64,000 bases of DNA from positions 704,001 to 768,000 of the forward strand of contig OZ219858.1 of NCBI GenBank assembly GCA_964291395.2, in the 5' to 3' direction. Positions within the stretch are counted from its first letter, which is position 1. Every line of letters starts with the position of its first letter. Source of the stretch: Alphaproteobacteria bacterium. GTDB taxonomy: Bacteria; Pseudomonadota; Alphaproteobacteria; UBA2966. This document shows, in pieces, positions 31,081 through 41,447 of the stretch. The notes under the pieces were generated by a model. It saw only the letters and a program-made list of their open reading frames with translations. It did no database searches and was not told the origin of the DNA. The position numbers and the translations under genes are program-made.

Positions 31081-32397
31081 ATGGGACAGAGGGAAGACCT
31101 CCGGACACCGGCGACACGTCGGGGCCTCATCGGCTGGGCGCTCTATGACTGGGCGAACTCACCCTTTACGACGCTCATCATTACCTTCGTATTCGCCGCG
31201 TATTTCAGCCGCGGCATCGTCGGTGATGAAGTTCAGGGCCAAGCGCTTTGGGGATACGTGGCCGGTATCAGCGCCGTGTTCGTTGCGATTTTGAGCCCGG
31301 TACTGGGCGCGGTCGCCGATGCCGGCGGACGCCGCAAGCCGTGGATCTGTCTGTTCAGCGGTCTTTGTATCGTCTGCTCCGCCCTTCTCTGGTACGCGGA
31401 ACCCGTGCCGAACGCCATTCCGCTCGCGATGGTCCTGGTGATCCTGGCCAATATCGGATTCGAGTTCGGCATCGTGTTCAACAATGCGATGCTTGGCGAC
31501 ATCGTTGGACGCGAACGCCTTGGCCGTTGGTCGGGGTGGGCCTGGGGAATCGGCTATATCGGCGGTCTGGCGGCGTTGTTCACCATGCTTTTCGGCTTCA
31601 TTCAGACCGACGAGCCCTGGTTCGGTGTGGGCAAGGAAAACGCGGCGAATATTCGCGTCGTGGGGCCGTTGGTGGCCTTCTGGTTTGCCATCTTCGTGAT
31701 CCCGCTGTTCCTGTTCACACCTGATCGCGACGTCAGCGCTCTGCCCTTGGGGCAGCGGATGAGGCAGGGCGTGAGCGCGCTCGGCACGACGTTGCGCGGA
31801 CTGACGGGCGAGCACGCCAACGCCATGCGGTTCCTCATCGCCCGGATGATTTACAACGACGGACTGGTGATCGTGTTTGCTCTGGGCGGGGTTTATGCCG
31901 CCGGGCGTTTCAATATGGAACAAGCCGAACTCATTCAGTTCGGAATCGTCATGAACGTCACAGCGGGGCTCGGCGCCATTGCGTTCGCTTGGTTGGACGA
32001 CTGGCGGGGTTCAAAGGCAACGATCACGATCTCCTTGATCGGCCTGTCGGGTGCCGGCGTCGGCGCGGTCACGGTGGAAGACGTAACCTGGTTCTGGATA
32101 TGGGGTGCGGTGCTCGGAATATTCGTGGGACCCGCCCAAGCTGCCAGTCGCTCGTTCATGGCGAGGGTCGCGCCGCCGGAGCTGCGCACCGAATTCTTCG
32201 GCTTGTTCGCCCTGTCGGGCAAAGCGACTGCATTCCTGGGGCCCATCGCCGCGGCCGCAATGACGTCGCTATCCGGTAGCCAGAGTCTTGGTCTCGGAAC
32301 CGCCGTCGTGTTTTTTGTGATCGGACTCGGCGTATTGATGACGGTGAAGGAACCGGAACGCCCGGAAACGAAAAGGGCTGCGTCGATCTTCCAATAG
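31081..32397 (+). CDS. MFS transporter (UMF1/ATG22-like)
   Basis: WALYDWANS, GAVADAGG, QAASRS, EFFGLFALSGK; about 12 TM segments. Confidence 0.88.
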   Translation: MGQREDLRTPATRRGLIGWALYDWANSPFTTLIITFVFAAYFSRGIVGDEVQGQALWGYVAGISAVFVAILSPVLGAVADAGGRRKPWICLFSGLCIVCSALLWYAEPVPNAIPLAMVLVILANIGFEFGIVFNNAMLGDIVGRERLGRWSGWAWGIGYIGGLAALFTMLFGFIQTDEPWFGVGKENAANIRVVGPLVAFWFAIFVIPLFLFTPDRDVSALPLGQRMRQGVSALGTTLRGLTGEHANAMRFLIARMIYNDGLVIVFALGGVYAAGRFNMEQAELIQFGIVMNVTAGLGAIAFAWLDDWRGSKATITISLIGLSGAGVGAVTVEDVTWFWIWGAVLGIFVGPAQAASRSFMARVAPPELRTEFFGLFALSGKATAFLGPIAAAAMTSLSGSQSLGLGTAVVFFVIGLGVLMTVKEPERPETKRAASIFQ

Positions 32398-32690
32398 CTC
32401 AGATGCTCTCTCAAATCGGTGCCGAGCCGACCGCCCCAGCGGCGCCTTCTTGAACTGCTTGAACAGGGCCGCTTCGGCAGCGCGCGGATGATCCTCGTCG
32501 AGGTGTCACATCGGATGGCCGTCGATCACGTCGTTGGGGCCGGTGACGGGAAAGGCGACCACCGGAAAACCGGGCATCGCATCGTTTGACCGTATCGCCC
32601 AACGTCCCGATGGCGCGGAATACGGAGACTTGCGTGCCTTGGCCCCGGGGCGGCATGGTCGGCGCACCGCCGGGAAGGGAGGGCTTGAAC

Positions 32691-33467
32691 ATGCAGTACG
32701 ACGTCGCCGACCGAAAGGTCCTGATCACGGCGGGAGCCGGTGGGATCGGCGCTGTCACCGCCCGCGAATTCCTCGAGCAAGGGGCGAGCGTGTACGTGTG
32801 CGACGTTTCGGGTGAAGCCGTCACACAGTTCCTGTCCGAACATCCCAAGGCCGGCGCCATGGTCTGCGACGTCGCGAATGAGCCGGCCGTCGGTGAGATG
32901 GTGGCGACCGCCGTCGACGCCATGGGAGGCATCGATGTGCTGGTCAACAATGCAGGCGTCGCAGGGCCGATCGCTCCCCTCGTCGATATAGACCCCGATG
33001 ATTGGCGGCGCTGTATCGAGGTCGATCTCAACAGCATGTTCTACACCTGCCGGCATGCCATTCCTCATATCGAGCAAGCCGGGAACGGCGTGATCGTCAA
33101 CATGTCGTCTGTTGTCGGCCATCTCGGCGCGGCGGAGCGCTCACCCTACGCCGCCGCGAAATCCGCTGTTGTCGGCTTTTCACGGGCCTTGGCCGTGGAG
33201 CTCGGTCCCAAGGGCATATGCGTCAATTCGATCCTGCCCGGATCGGTGGACGGCACCCGCATACGGCGCACGATCAAACGTCACGCCGTAGCCGCCGGTG
33301 TCGGCGAGAACCAGATGACCGAACAGTACGTGAGGGGAAATCTCCTCGGCACGATGCAACAACCCGAGGAGATCGCGGCGATGATCCTGTTTCTCAGCTC
33401 TCCCATGGGACGGTCGATCACGGGACAGTCCATCCACATCGATGCGGGCCATCAAACGTTGCGGTGA
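32691..33467 (+). CDS. Short-chain dehydrogenase/reductase (classical)
   Basis: TAGAGGIG, NNAG, YAAAK catalytic motif. Confidence 0.9.
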   Translation: MQYDVADRKVLITAGAGGIGAVTAREFLEQGASVYVCDVSGEAVTQFLSEHPKAGAMVCDVANEPAVGEMVATAVDAMGGIDVLVNNAGVAGPIAPLVDIDPDDWRRCIEVDLNSMFYTCRHAIPHIEQAGNGVIVNMSSVVGHLGAAERSPYAAAKSAVVGFSRALAVELGPKGICVNSILPGSVDGTRIRRTIKRHAVAAGVGENQMTEQYVRGNLLGTMQQPEEIAAMILFLSSPMGRSITGQSIHIDAGHQTLR

Positions 33468-33576
33468 GGGGTGGATTCGGTGATGTTACCGGACCGCTTT
33501 AGTTCCCCGACCCGCGTTTTGATCCGAGGGGCACGGGTGCTACCGTAGTTCTCAAAGCCTCAGGGAGGGCTGAGCC

Positions 33577-34869
33577 ATGGCCCAGGCCGAAGCCTACGAC
33601 GACGTCCAATCATTCGTGCCGCCGGAACCCGTCTGTTTCGTCAACCACGAGCGGGCGAAGGGAATCATGGCGGAGGACGGCCTCGACGCCCTGTTCGCGT
33701 CCGAGGACGTGAATCTCTACTACCTGTCCGGGCATGCGCCCGATTCGGTGCTGGCCCATTTCTACGAGCCGTGGGCGTGCGCCATCTACCCGCGCCACGA
33801 CGGCGTCCCGCCGACGCTGATTACCGGCGAATACGACATGACGTACTGCCTGACCCATCCGACGTGGATGGAAACACGCTTCTACGGGACGGAATGGACG
33901 GCGATCTCTACCATGCTCAAGAAGGTCCACGGAGGGATGGGACTCGGGACCGAACTGCACAAGCCTCTTCAGAAGCTCTACGAGACCACGCTGCCCAAGC
34001 GCAGGGCGACGTACTTCGATTCCGTGATCGATTTTATCGAGACGGAGATGCCCAAGGGCAACCTGCGCATCGGTTTCGACGACCTGCGCATGGGCAAGGA
34101 GGTCCGAGAAAAGATCGGCCCACGCCTGGAGGTCATCGACGGAAAACGGTCCTTCCGGCGTATCCGTCTGGTCAAGACCGAGCCCGAGATCGAGATCCTC
34201 AAGCAGGGAATGGTCGTCAACGAAAACGCCGTTCGCGCCGCAGGCGCCGCCGTCAGGGAAGGTCGTTCCTGCATGGAGATGGTCGACGCCTATCGTGACG
34301 CGGTGCAGCGCGGCGGCGGCAAGTGGCTGGGAGAGCGCGGCATGCTCTTCGGCGCCGGTCCGGACGGGGCGTTCGTCCTCGATCACGACTACACCGAGCG
34401 CATGACCTTCGAGCGGGGCCAGACGGTGATCCTCGACTGCATCTGCCTTTATCGCATGTATCACGCGGACAGCGCGCGAACCGCCAGCGTGGGCGAGCCG
34501 AGCGCCTACCAGAAGACGATGCACGAGGTCGTCAAGGAAGCGATCGCGGCGGGCGAGGACAACCTCAAGGCCGGCGCGCATTCCGCCGACCTCGAGCGCC
34601 TGGGCATGGAGGTGTTCGAGAAGAGCGCCCTGCCCACCGAGGGCGCCACGGTGATCTACCACCCGATCGGGCTCAACGTCTTCGATTTCGGGACACCGGA
34701 GGACGCCGCCGACGGCTGGGTCATGGAGACCGACACCATGGTCAACTTCGAGGTCTTCTACCGGCATCCCGAGCACGGCGGGATGCATATGGAGGATACG
34801 ACCCGCGTGACCGACACCGGGCTGGAGCGTTTCACGACGCTGCCCCACGAGATCATCGTCGCGGGATAG
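33577..34869 (+). CDS. M24 (Xaa-Pro peptidase/creatinase fold) hydrolase
   Basis: RLVKTEPEIE linker; metal-ligand positions in ILDC, HADSAR, HPIG, NFE, MED. Confidence 0.82.
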   Translation: MAQAEAYDDVQSFVPPEPVCFVNHERAKGIMAEDGLDALFASEDVNLYYLSGHAPDSVLAHFYEPWACAIYPRHDGVPPTLITGEYDMTYCLTHPTWMETRFYGTEWTAISTMLKKVHGGMGLGTELHKPLQKLYETTLPKRRATYFDSVIDFIETEMPKGNLRIGFDDLRMGKEVREKIGPRLEVIDGKRSFRRIRLVKTEPEIEILKQGMVVNENAVRAAGAAVREGRSCMEMVDAYRDAVQRGGGKWLGERGMLFGAGPDGAFVLDHDYTERMTFERGQTVILDCICLYRMYHADSARTASVGEPSAYQKTMHEVVKEAIAAGEDNLKAGAHSADLERLGMEVFEKSALPTEGATVIYHPIGLNVFDFGTPEDAADGWVMETDTMVNFEVFYRHPEHGGMHMEDTTRVTDTGLERFTTLPHEIIVAG

Positions 34870-34904
34870 GGGCGTCGACGGCGCACGCCACGAAGGATGC
34901 CGAC

Positions 34905-35693
34905 ATGGATTTCAGTCTCGCCGGCAAGATCGTCCTCGTCACCGCGGCGAGCCGCGGCCTGGGTTATGCCATCGCCGAAGCTTTCCTGGTCGAAGACGCG
35001 ACGGCGATCATTTCGGCCCGTAATCAGGACACCTTGGATGCGGCCGCAGCGAAGCTGAGGGAGGCGACCGGCCGGGAAGCCACGGCCATCGCCGCCGACT
35101 GCACCAGCCAGGACGATATCAGCTGGCTCGTCGGGACGGTCGAGGAGCGATTTGGCCGCATCGATGTCTTGATCAACAATTCGGCGGGCCCGCCCACCAA
35201 GCCGTTCGTGCAGCTTTCCGACGATGACTGGCGCGGCGCGCTGGAGGTCAAGTTCCTGCCGCAAGTGCGCTGCGCCCGGGCGGTCCTTCCCGGCATGATG
35301 GAACGGGGCTGGGGGCGGATCATCACGATCATCGGCACCCACGGCCGCCAACCGCACGCTTACGTCTTTACCGGGGGCGTGGTGAACGCGGCACTACTCA
35401 ACTTCAACAAGGCGCTGGCCGAAGAGGGGGCGCCGGCAAACGTGCTCGCGAATGCCATCAATCCAGGTCCGATCGATACGGAGCGCATGCGATATCTCGC
35501 CGAGGAGAAGGCGCGAGAAGAGGGAATCTCCTATGAGGAAGCCCGCCGGATTCAGACCGAGGAGACCATGCTCAAGCGCTTCGGTCAGCCCGCGGAGGTT
35601 GCCGCGGCGGCTGTGTTCCTCGCCTCCGACAAGGCAGGATTCATCACGGGCGCGACCCTCGATATCGACGGCGGCCAGACAAAGGGCGTTTGA
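34905..35693 (+). CDS. Atypical SDR lacking YxxxK
   Basis: TAASRGLG, NNSAG, NPGPIDTER; active-site helix reads GGVVNAAL. Confidence 0.85.
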   Translation: MDFSLAGKIVLVTAASRGLGYAIAEAFLVEDATAIISARNQDTLDAAAAKLREATGREATAIAADCTSQDDISWLVGTVEERFGRIDVLINNSAGPPTKPFVQLSDDDWRGALEVKFLPQVRCARAVLPGMMERGWGRIITIIGTHGRQPHAYVFTGGVVNAALLNFNKALAEEGAPANVLANAINPGPIDTERMRYLAEEKAREEGISYEEARRIQTEETMLKRFGQPAEVAAAAVFLASDKAGFITGATLDIDGGQTKGV

Positions 35694-35717
35694 CGCGCCA
35701 AGAGCCCGGAACGGAAG

Positions 35718-37010
35718 ATGGTCACCACCGCTCGGCACCGAGCGCAACTCGAAACTCCGCGGCCGGATATCGCGCTCGCCCAATCGCTGTTCGAGTCCCT
35801 GCACGAAGCGACCGCTGACGACGAGGGTGTGACGCGCGAGTCCTACGGGCCCGGTGAGAATGCGGCCCACGACATGGTTCGTGACGCGGCGCGGTCGGCG
35901 GGTCTCGAGACGGACGTGGATGCGGCCGGCAACCTCTACATGACCCTGCCCGGTCGTGACCGCACGGCCCCGCGCGTGTTGATCGGCTCGCATCTCGATT
36001 CGGTCCGCCGCGGCGGCAACTACGACGGCGCTGCGGGTGTGCTCGCAGGCCTGTCGGCCGTCGTCGGGCTGCAGCAGGCCGGCATTACGCCGGCGCAGGA
36101 CGTGACCGTGATGGCGATCCGGGCCGAGGAGAGCATGTGGTTCTCCGCCAGTTACATTGGCAGCCGCGCGGCCCTCGGCCTGTTGTCGCCCGGCGAGATC
36201 ACGCGTATCCGAAGAACCGATTCGGGACGTACCATCGCCGAACACATGGTGGACTGCGGCCTTGATCCGCATGCAGTCGCAACGGAACCGCCCCGTCTCC
36301 ATCCGGAGTCCCTGGCCGCCTATTACGAGGTTCACATCGAGCAGGGCCCAGTCCTCGAGGAGCGAGGAATTCCGGTCGGCATCGTCACCGGAATCCGGGG
36401 TAACTTCCGTTGCCGGGAGGCGCGGTGCACCGGCGAGTACGGTCATTGCGGCACGGTGCCGCGGTCACTGCGTCGGGACACGGTCGCGGCGGTCTCCGAA
36501 TTGATCTTCCGGACCGACGATTTATGGGCAGAGCTGGAGGCCGAGGGCCGTGACCTCGCCGTGACCTTTGGCGTGGTTTCAACGGACGCGGCGCTGAGCG
36601 CGGCTAGCAAGGTGGCGGGAGAGACCCGTTTCTCCATGGATGTGCGCAGCCAGTCGGTGGAAACGCTGGCGCGGATGCAGGGGCACTTCGACTCCACGAT
36701 CGCCGATATAGAGGACCGTCGCGGCGTGCGCTTCGACCTCGGACCCCGTTCGGAGACATCGCCCGCAGAGATGGCCCCCTCGCTGCGAACGCGGTTGGCG
36801 GAAGCGGCCGCCGCGCTGCGGGTGTCCGCCACGGACATGCCGAGCGGCGCGGGTCACGACGCGCTCGTTTTCGCCGGCCTCGGCGTGCCCACGGCGATGC
36901 TGTTCATCCGCAACGCCCACGGCAGCCACAATCCGCGCGAAGCGATGGAGATCGAGGATTTCGCGCAGGCGGCCGAGGTGCTAACGATGGTCCTCGCGGG
37001 CCCGGAATAG
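35718..37010 (+). CDS. M20 Zn amidohydrolase (allantoate/N-carbamoyl-amino acid hydrolase family)
   Basis: GSHLDSV, GGNYDG, AEE, EVHIEQGP, HCGTVP, SGAGHDA, SHNPRE. Confidence 0.9.
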   Translation: MVTTARHRAQLETPRPDIALAQSLFESLHEATADDEGVTRESYGPGENAAHDMVRDAARSAGLETDVDAAGNLYMTLPGRDRTAPRVLIGSHLDSVRRGGNYDGAAGVLAGLSAVVGLQQAGITPAQDVTVMAIRAEESMWFSASYIGSRAALGLLSPGEITRIRRTDSGRTIAEHMVDCGLDPHAVATEPPRLHPESLAAYYEVHIEQGPVLEERGIPVGIVTGIRGNFRCREARCTGEYGHCGTVPRSLRRDTVAAVSELIFRTDDLWAELEAEGRDLAVTFGVVSTDAALSAASKVAGETRFSMDVRSQSVETLARMQGHFDSTIADIEDRRGVRFDLGPRSETSPAEMAPSLRTRLAEAAAALRVSATDMPSGAGHDALVFAGLGVPTAMLFIRNAHGSHNPREAMEIEDFAQAAEVLTMVLAGPE

Positions 37011-37038
37011 GCAAGCGCGACTGCGTCTGGAGGGTGGC

Positions 37039-38145
37039 ATGAGTTTCCTCAACGTGGGCGGCGAGAGTTGGGAGGATCTGGCGCTCGACGAAGGCCTCGT
37101 GCACATGGGACACAACTGCAATCACCTCGAGCTCGATCCGGCCATCCACGAAACGATGATCCAAGCGATCGACAGCGGCGCCTACCGGAACTACACGCCG
37201 CCCTATGGTTTCGACGATCTCGCCGCACTCATGGCGGCGGACGTCGATGTTCCAGGCACCGAGGTGATGGTCACCCAGGGGGCCACGGAGGCGATCTACC
37301 AGGCGATGGCCGCGATCCTCGGTCCGGGGGATCAGACCATCGTTTCCGATCCCGGATGGCCGCACATCCCGAACTTCGCCCGCTCGCTGGGGTCGGAGGT
37401 CGTGTCCATTTCGGTGTATTCGCCGAATGCGGGCTGGAAACTCGTCCCGGAGGTGGTGCGGAACCATGTAACACCGCGCACCAGACTGATCACCGTGATC
37501 GACCCGCTCAATCCCCTGGGCTCATGCTATGACGAGGTAGAGATCAAGGCGCTCTGCGAGATCGCCGAGGCCAACGACGCCTGGCTGTTGCACGACGCCA
37601 CCTACCGGGATTTTGCGACCGACAGGAACTTTCCCGCACCGGACTATTCCGAGCGCGCCGTCATGAACATCAGCCTTTCGAAGATCTGCGGTTTCGCAGG
37701 CCTTCGCGTCGGCGCCTCCTTCGCGCATCCCGCTCTCATGGCACGGATCCGCGAGCACCAAGTCGACCGACTCGGGGGGAATTGGGTGGCTCAGCAGGGT
37801 GCCATCGCCGCGTTCCGGACGAAGCCGAAATGGAAACCCCGGGTGCTTGAGATGAACCGGCGTAATCAGGAAGCAATCAAGGCTTGCGTCGATTCCATCG
37901 ATGCGCTGGAGGTCATCTCCTGGCCGCCCGCGGCCAACTTCGTCGCCATCGATATCACGGGAACCGGTCGCGACTCCGAAGCCGTGGTGCGCGCAGTCCT
38001 CGACGAAGGGTTCGTCATCCGCTCGGGCAACTACACCTCAGATCTCTACGGCCCCAATTTCGTGCGTGTAACCACGACGGTTCCCGACGACGACGTCCGC
38101 CGGTTTTGCGACGCGCTGCCGAAAGCTCTGGACCGGGTCTCCTGA
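37039..38145 (+). CDS. PLP-dependent aminotransferase class I/II
   Basis: GATEA, DPLNPLG, HDATY, SLSKICGFAGLRVG (PLP lysine). Confidence 0.9.
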   Translation: MSFLNVGGESWEDLALDEGLVHMGHNCNHLELDPAIHETMIQAIDSGAYRNYTPPYGFDDLAALMAADVDVPGTEVMVTQGATEAIYQAMAAILGPGDQTIVSDPGWPHIPNFARSLGSEVVSISVYSPNAGWKLVPEVVRNHVTPRTRLITVIDPLNPLGSCYDEVEIKALCEIAEANDAWLLHDATYRDFATDRNFPAPDYSERAVMNISLSKICGFAGLRVGASFAHPALMARIREHQVDRLGGNWVAQQGAIAAFRTKPKWKPRVLEMNRRNQEAIKACVDSIDALEVISWPPAANFVAIDITGTGRDSEAVVRAVLDEGFVIRSGNYTSDLYGPNFVRVTTTVPDDDVRRFCDALPKALDRVS

Positions 38146-38157
38146 AGTCGCGTATCC

Positions 38158-39057
38158 CTACCCCTTCTTGTTCTCTCGCCAGATGTCGTTGACCACGTTG
38201 TAGAGGTCGCTCCAGTCGTTGTCGCCGTGGCCCCGCTCCAGGGCGGCGTCGTAGGCCGCCAGCGCGGCGGGCGCGGTATAGCAGGGAAAGCCCTCCCGCT
38301 CCATCACCATGCGCGCGATGTTGACGTCCTTGCGGGCATGCTTGACGGCGAAGCCGGGGTTGAGGTTCCCCGCCAGCGCCTTGTTCGGGAAATGCTGTCT
38401 CGAGTGTCCGTTGCCCGCGATGGTGCCGTTGATGACTTCGAGCGCCTTGTCGGGACCGACGCCGCCCGATTCGGCAAGCCGCAACGCTTCGGCGACCATC
38501 ACGGCGCCAACCGTCGACATGAAGTTGTTGACGATCTTGCAGGTCATGCCGTGACCCACGTCGCCGCAGTCGATGATCGTCGTGCCCATGGCCTCGAGCG
38601 CCGGCATCGCCGTGGCCTTGTCTTCCGCCGAACCCGCGACCATGAACATCGAGGTGCCCTGGCGGGCATCATCGGCCGTCCGGCCCACCGGCGAATCGAC
38701 ATAGCCCCAGCCCGCGGACTTCGCCTGCTCGGCGAACTCAAGGACGGCGCCCGGATCGATGGTGCACATCACCATGACGACGCGTCCGTCGCCGGGGCTC
38801 TTCAGCAGCCCGTCGTCGCCGTTCAGCACGGCGTCGACCTCGGGCACGTCCGGCACCATGACGATGACGAGCTGCGAGCCCTCGCCGGTGGCGCCGGGCG
38901 TGTCGACGATCTCGCCGCCGTTCGCCTTGACCCCGTCGCCGGCGCCGGGAAGGGGGTCATACCCTTTCACTTTGAAGCCTGCCTTGAGCAGGTTGTTGGA
39001 CATCGACGTGCCCATGAGGCCGAGGCCAATGAAACCAACTTGTTCGATCTTGCTCAT
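38158..39057 (-). CDS. Beta-hydroxyacid dehydrogenase, sulfolactaldehyde reductase (YihU)-like
   Basis: GFIGLGLMG, DSPVGRT, KIVNNFMS. Confidence 0.82.
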   Translation of the reverse strand: MSKIEQVGFIGLGLMGTSMSNNLLKAGFKVKGYDPLPGAGDGVKANGGEIVDTPGATGEGSQLVIVMVPDVPEVDAVLNGDDGLLKSPGDGRVVMVMCTIDPGAVLEFAEQAKSAGWGYVDSPVGRTADDARQGTSMFMVAGSAEDKATAMPALEAMGTTIIDCGDVGHGMTCKIVNNFMSTVGAVMVAEALRLAESGGVGPDKALEVINGTIAGNGHSRQHFPNKALAGNLNPGFAVKHARKDVNIARMVMEREGFPCYTAPAALAAYDAALERGHGDNDWSDLYNVVNDIWRENKKG

Positions 39058-39268
39058 GTGTCCTTCCCTTGACGGCTGCGCTTCTCTCGATCCGACCGGC
39101 GGACCGGGACGCGCGAACCTACACGGCGCGTGTGGGCACTTCAACGGCGCGCCGCGGCTTCCGGTCCGACGACTTACATGAGCCGTCCAGATGCCTCCCG
39201 GCGCACTTGGAAGCAGCCGGTCCCCAGCGGCGCTGTGTTCGAAATCGAACCGGTGCAGACGCGGAACG

Positions 39269-40075
39269 TCAGGATTGGGGGTCGACGTCGAGTCGGGCGA
39301 CCACGCCGCTCAGGTTGGATTTCGGTGCCGGGTAATAGGTCATGACGAGGGGGTCATGGCCCGGGATGACGTGATCGGCGCTCCCGGCCATGTCGTGCAT
39401 GCGCCGATGGCCTTCCAGCATGTCGGCGACGTTGTAGACAACGGGGAACGGCGCGCCGGCGTGCATGTTCTCGTAAAAGTGGGCGGCATCGGAGGCGAGC
39501 ACCAACGGGCCTCGCCTGGTCGTCACGCAAACGAACTGCATGCCCATGGTATGGCCGCCCACGTGATGAACCGTAATCCCCGGCGCCACTTCGCCATCGC
39601 CATCGTGAAACGCAACGCGGCCGGCGAACACGTTTCTCACCAGATCGACAACGTGATCGCAGGAGTAAGAGTGCCCGAACGTCAGCTGACACATGTGGCG
39701 TCCCGTGGCGTAGGTCACCTCACTGTCCTGGATATGGAACCTTGCGGCCGGGAAGTCGCCCAGGGTGCCAGCGTGGTCGTAGTGCAGATGGGTGATGATC
39801 ACGTCCTCCACTTTCGCGGCATCAACGCCGATCATCTCGAGCCCCTCGCGCGGCAGCCGCTCGATGGTGCGGTTGCGACGTACTCCCTCTTCGGCGTCGA
39901 AGCCCGTATCCACGACGACGGTTCGGTCGTCGTTCACGATGGCCCAGACGAAATAGTCGATCGGCATGCCCCCTTCGTGGGGGTCGGGCGGCGTGATGAA
40001 GTTGTCCCGTCGCAGGCGTTCAGCAAACGTCCCGTAACGGATGGCGTAGACCTCGTAGGTCTCGGAATTGCTCAT
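39269..40075 (-). CDS. Metallo-beta-lactamase-fold lactonase family hydrolase
   Basis: VDTG, THLHYDHAG, GGHT, SDAAH, PGHDP. Confidence 0.88.
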   Translation of the reverse strand: MSNSETYEVYAIRYGTFAERLRRDNFITPPDPHEGGMPIDYFVWAIVNDDRTVVVDTGFDAEEGVRRNRTIERLPREGLEMIGVDAAKVEDVIITHLHYDHAGTLGDFPAARFHIQDSEVTYATGRHMCQLTFGHSYSCDHVVDLVRNVFAGRVAFHDGDGEVAPGITVHHVGGHTMGMQFVCVTTRRGPLVLASDAAHFYENMHAGAPFPVVYNVADMLEGHRRMHDMAGSADHVIPGHDPLVMTYYPAPKSNLSGVVARLDVDPQS

Positions 40076-40199
40076 CGTGTCTTCACCTGTTCTCTGAGTT
40101 GATCCCGGGCGTGCGTTGCCGAGAGCCACCCATTATAAGAGCAGCGGATCGGCGAAAAGGCGAGCCGGCGTCCAAGCCGGCCCCATCGCGGGAGAGGAT

Positions 40200-41447
40200 A
40201 TGGTCAAGCTGAACGACGAAGAACGGGCGATGCTCGCAGGCCGGTTGGGCGAGCCGCGCAGACTCTCCATGGAACACATCCTTGAGGTGGGCCGGTTCTT
40301 CGATGCCGAGGATCTGGTGGAAGTCAGCCAGGTCCACCTCATGGCGGACACCGAATCCACCGGTGAAGCCGGACTCCAATACCTCGAGATGCTCGGTAAG
40401 TATCCCGAAGGCGAACGTCGGGTGCGGGTGCCGACAGTGACCGATCCGCTCGGATGCGACTTCGCCAAGGCGGACCGGATCAACCATCCGGAAGAGTTCA
40501 TCGCCCAGGAACGGCGCCTCAGCGCCGCCTTCCAGAGCCTCGGCATTCTCATCACCCAGACCTGTATCAACTATCAGACCATCCTGCCGCCGGTCCTGGG
40601 TGAGCATCTGGCTTACGGCGATACGGGGTCGTCGATCTACGCCAACAGCGTGATGGGCGCGCGTACGAACTTCCAAGGCGGACCTTCGGCTCTGGCGGCG
40701 GCGCTTACCGGCCGGGTGCCGCGGTACGGATTTCACCTCGACGAGCGTCGGCGCGGTACCAATCTCTGGGAGCTTCGATGCCGGCCCGAGTCCCTGTCGG
40801 ATTGGGGTGCCGCCGGGGCCATCATCGGCCGGGCGCAGGGTTCGTACTGGGAAGTGCCAGTGATCGTGGGCGTCGACGATGCGCCCACGTCCGACGAGCT
40901 CAAGCAGTTCGGCGCCGCGCTGGCCAGCTTCGGGTCGACGCCCCTCTTTCACATGGTCGGCATCACGCCCGAGGCACCGGACCTCGCGTCGGTATTCGAT
41001 GGCCCGCCGCCCCACGCGACGGAGATCGCCCGCGCCGATATCGACGGGATCTACAGCGGATATCGGCCGGACGACGACAGGCTGGATGTGGTCGTCTTCG
41101 CCGCGCCGCAGTTGTCCCTGATCGAGATGCAGAAGGTGGGGTTGCTGCTCCGCGACCGCATGGTCCACCCCGACGTCACGGTGCTGGCCGCGACGTCGCC
41201 CGAAATCAAGGCTGCGTGCGACCGCATGGGCATCACCGAGATGATCGAGACCTCCGGGGCCGTCGTGCTCGAAGGGGTCTGCTTCTACCAGATGCATGCC
41301 CGGGAGATCGGCGAGGCCAACGGCTGGCGGCGCCTGATGAGCAACTCGGCCAAGATCGTCAACATCCTCGGCGGCTACGGCTATGAACCGGTGCTCGGCA
41401 CCATGGAACACTGTATCGACTCCGCTGTCGCGGGGAGGATCGCGTGA
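40200..41447 (+). CDS. Aconitase X catalytic subunit (DUF521)
   Basis: TCINY, YANSVMGARTN, LTGRVPRYGFHL, LKQFGAALASFG, LFHMVGITPEA, SNSAK. Confidence 0.88.
   Translation: MVKLNDEERAMLAGRLGEPRRLSMEHILEVGRFFDAEDLVEVSQVHLMADTESTGEAGLQYLEMLGKYPEGERRVRVPTVTDPLGCDFAKADRINHPEEFIAQERRLSAAFQSLGILITQTCINYQTILPPVLGEHLAYGDTGSSIYANSVMGARTNFQGGPSALAAALTGRVPRYGFHLDERRRGTNLWELRCRPESLSDWGAAGAIIGRAQGSYWEVPVIVGVDDAPTSDELKQFGAALASFGSTPLFHMVGITPEAPDLASVFDGPPPHATEIARADIDGIYSGYRPDDDRLDVVVFAAPQLSLIEMQKVGLLLRDRMVHPDVTVLAATSPEIKAACDRMGITEMIETSGAVVLEGVCFYQMHAREIGEANGWRRLMSNSAKIVNILGGYGYEPVLGTMEHCIDSAVAGRIA

Noticed and set aside
39269-40075. Quorum-quenching role for the lactonase-family gene
   Set aside because: The HxHxDH fold is shared with many catabolic lactonases; the context is catabolic and no LuxI/LuxR genes are nearby.
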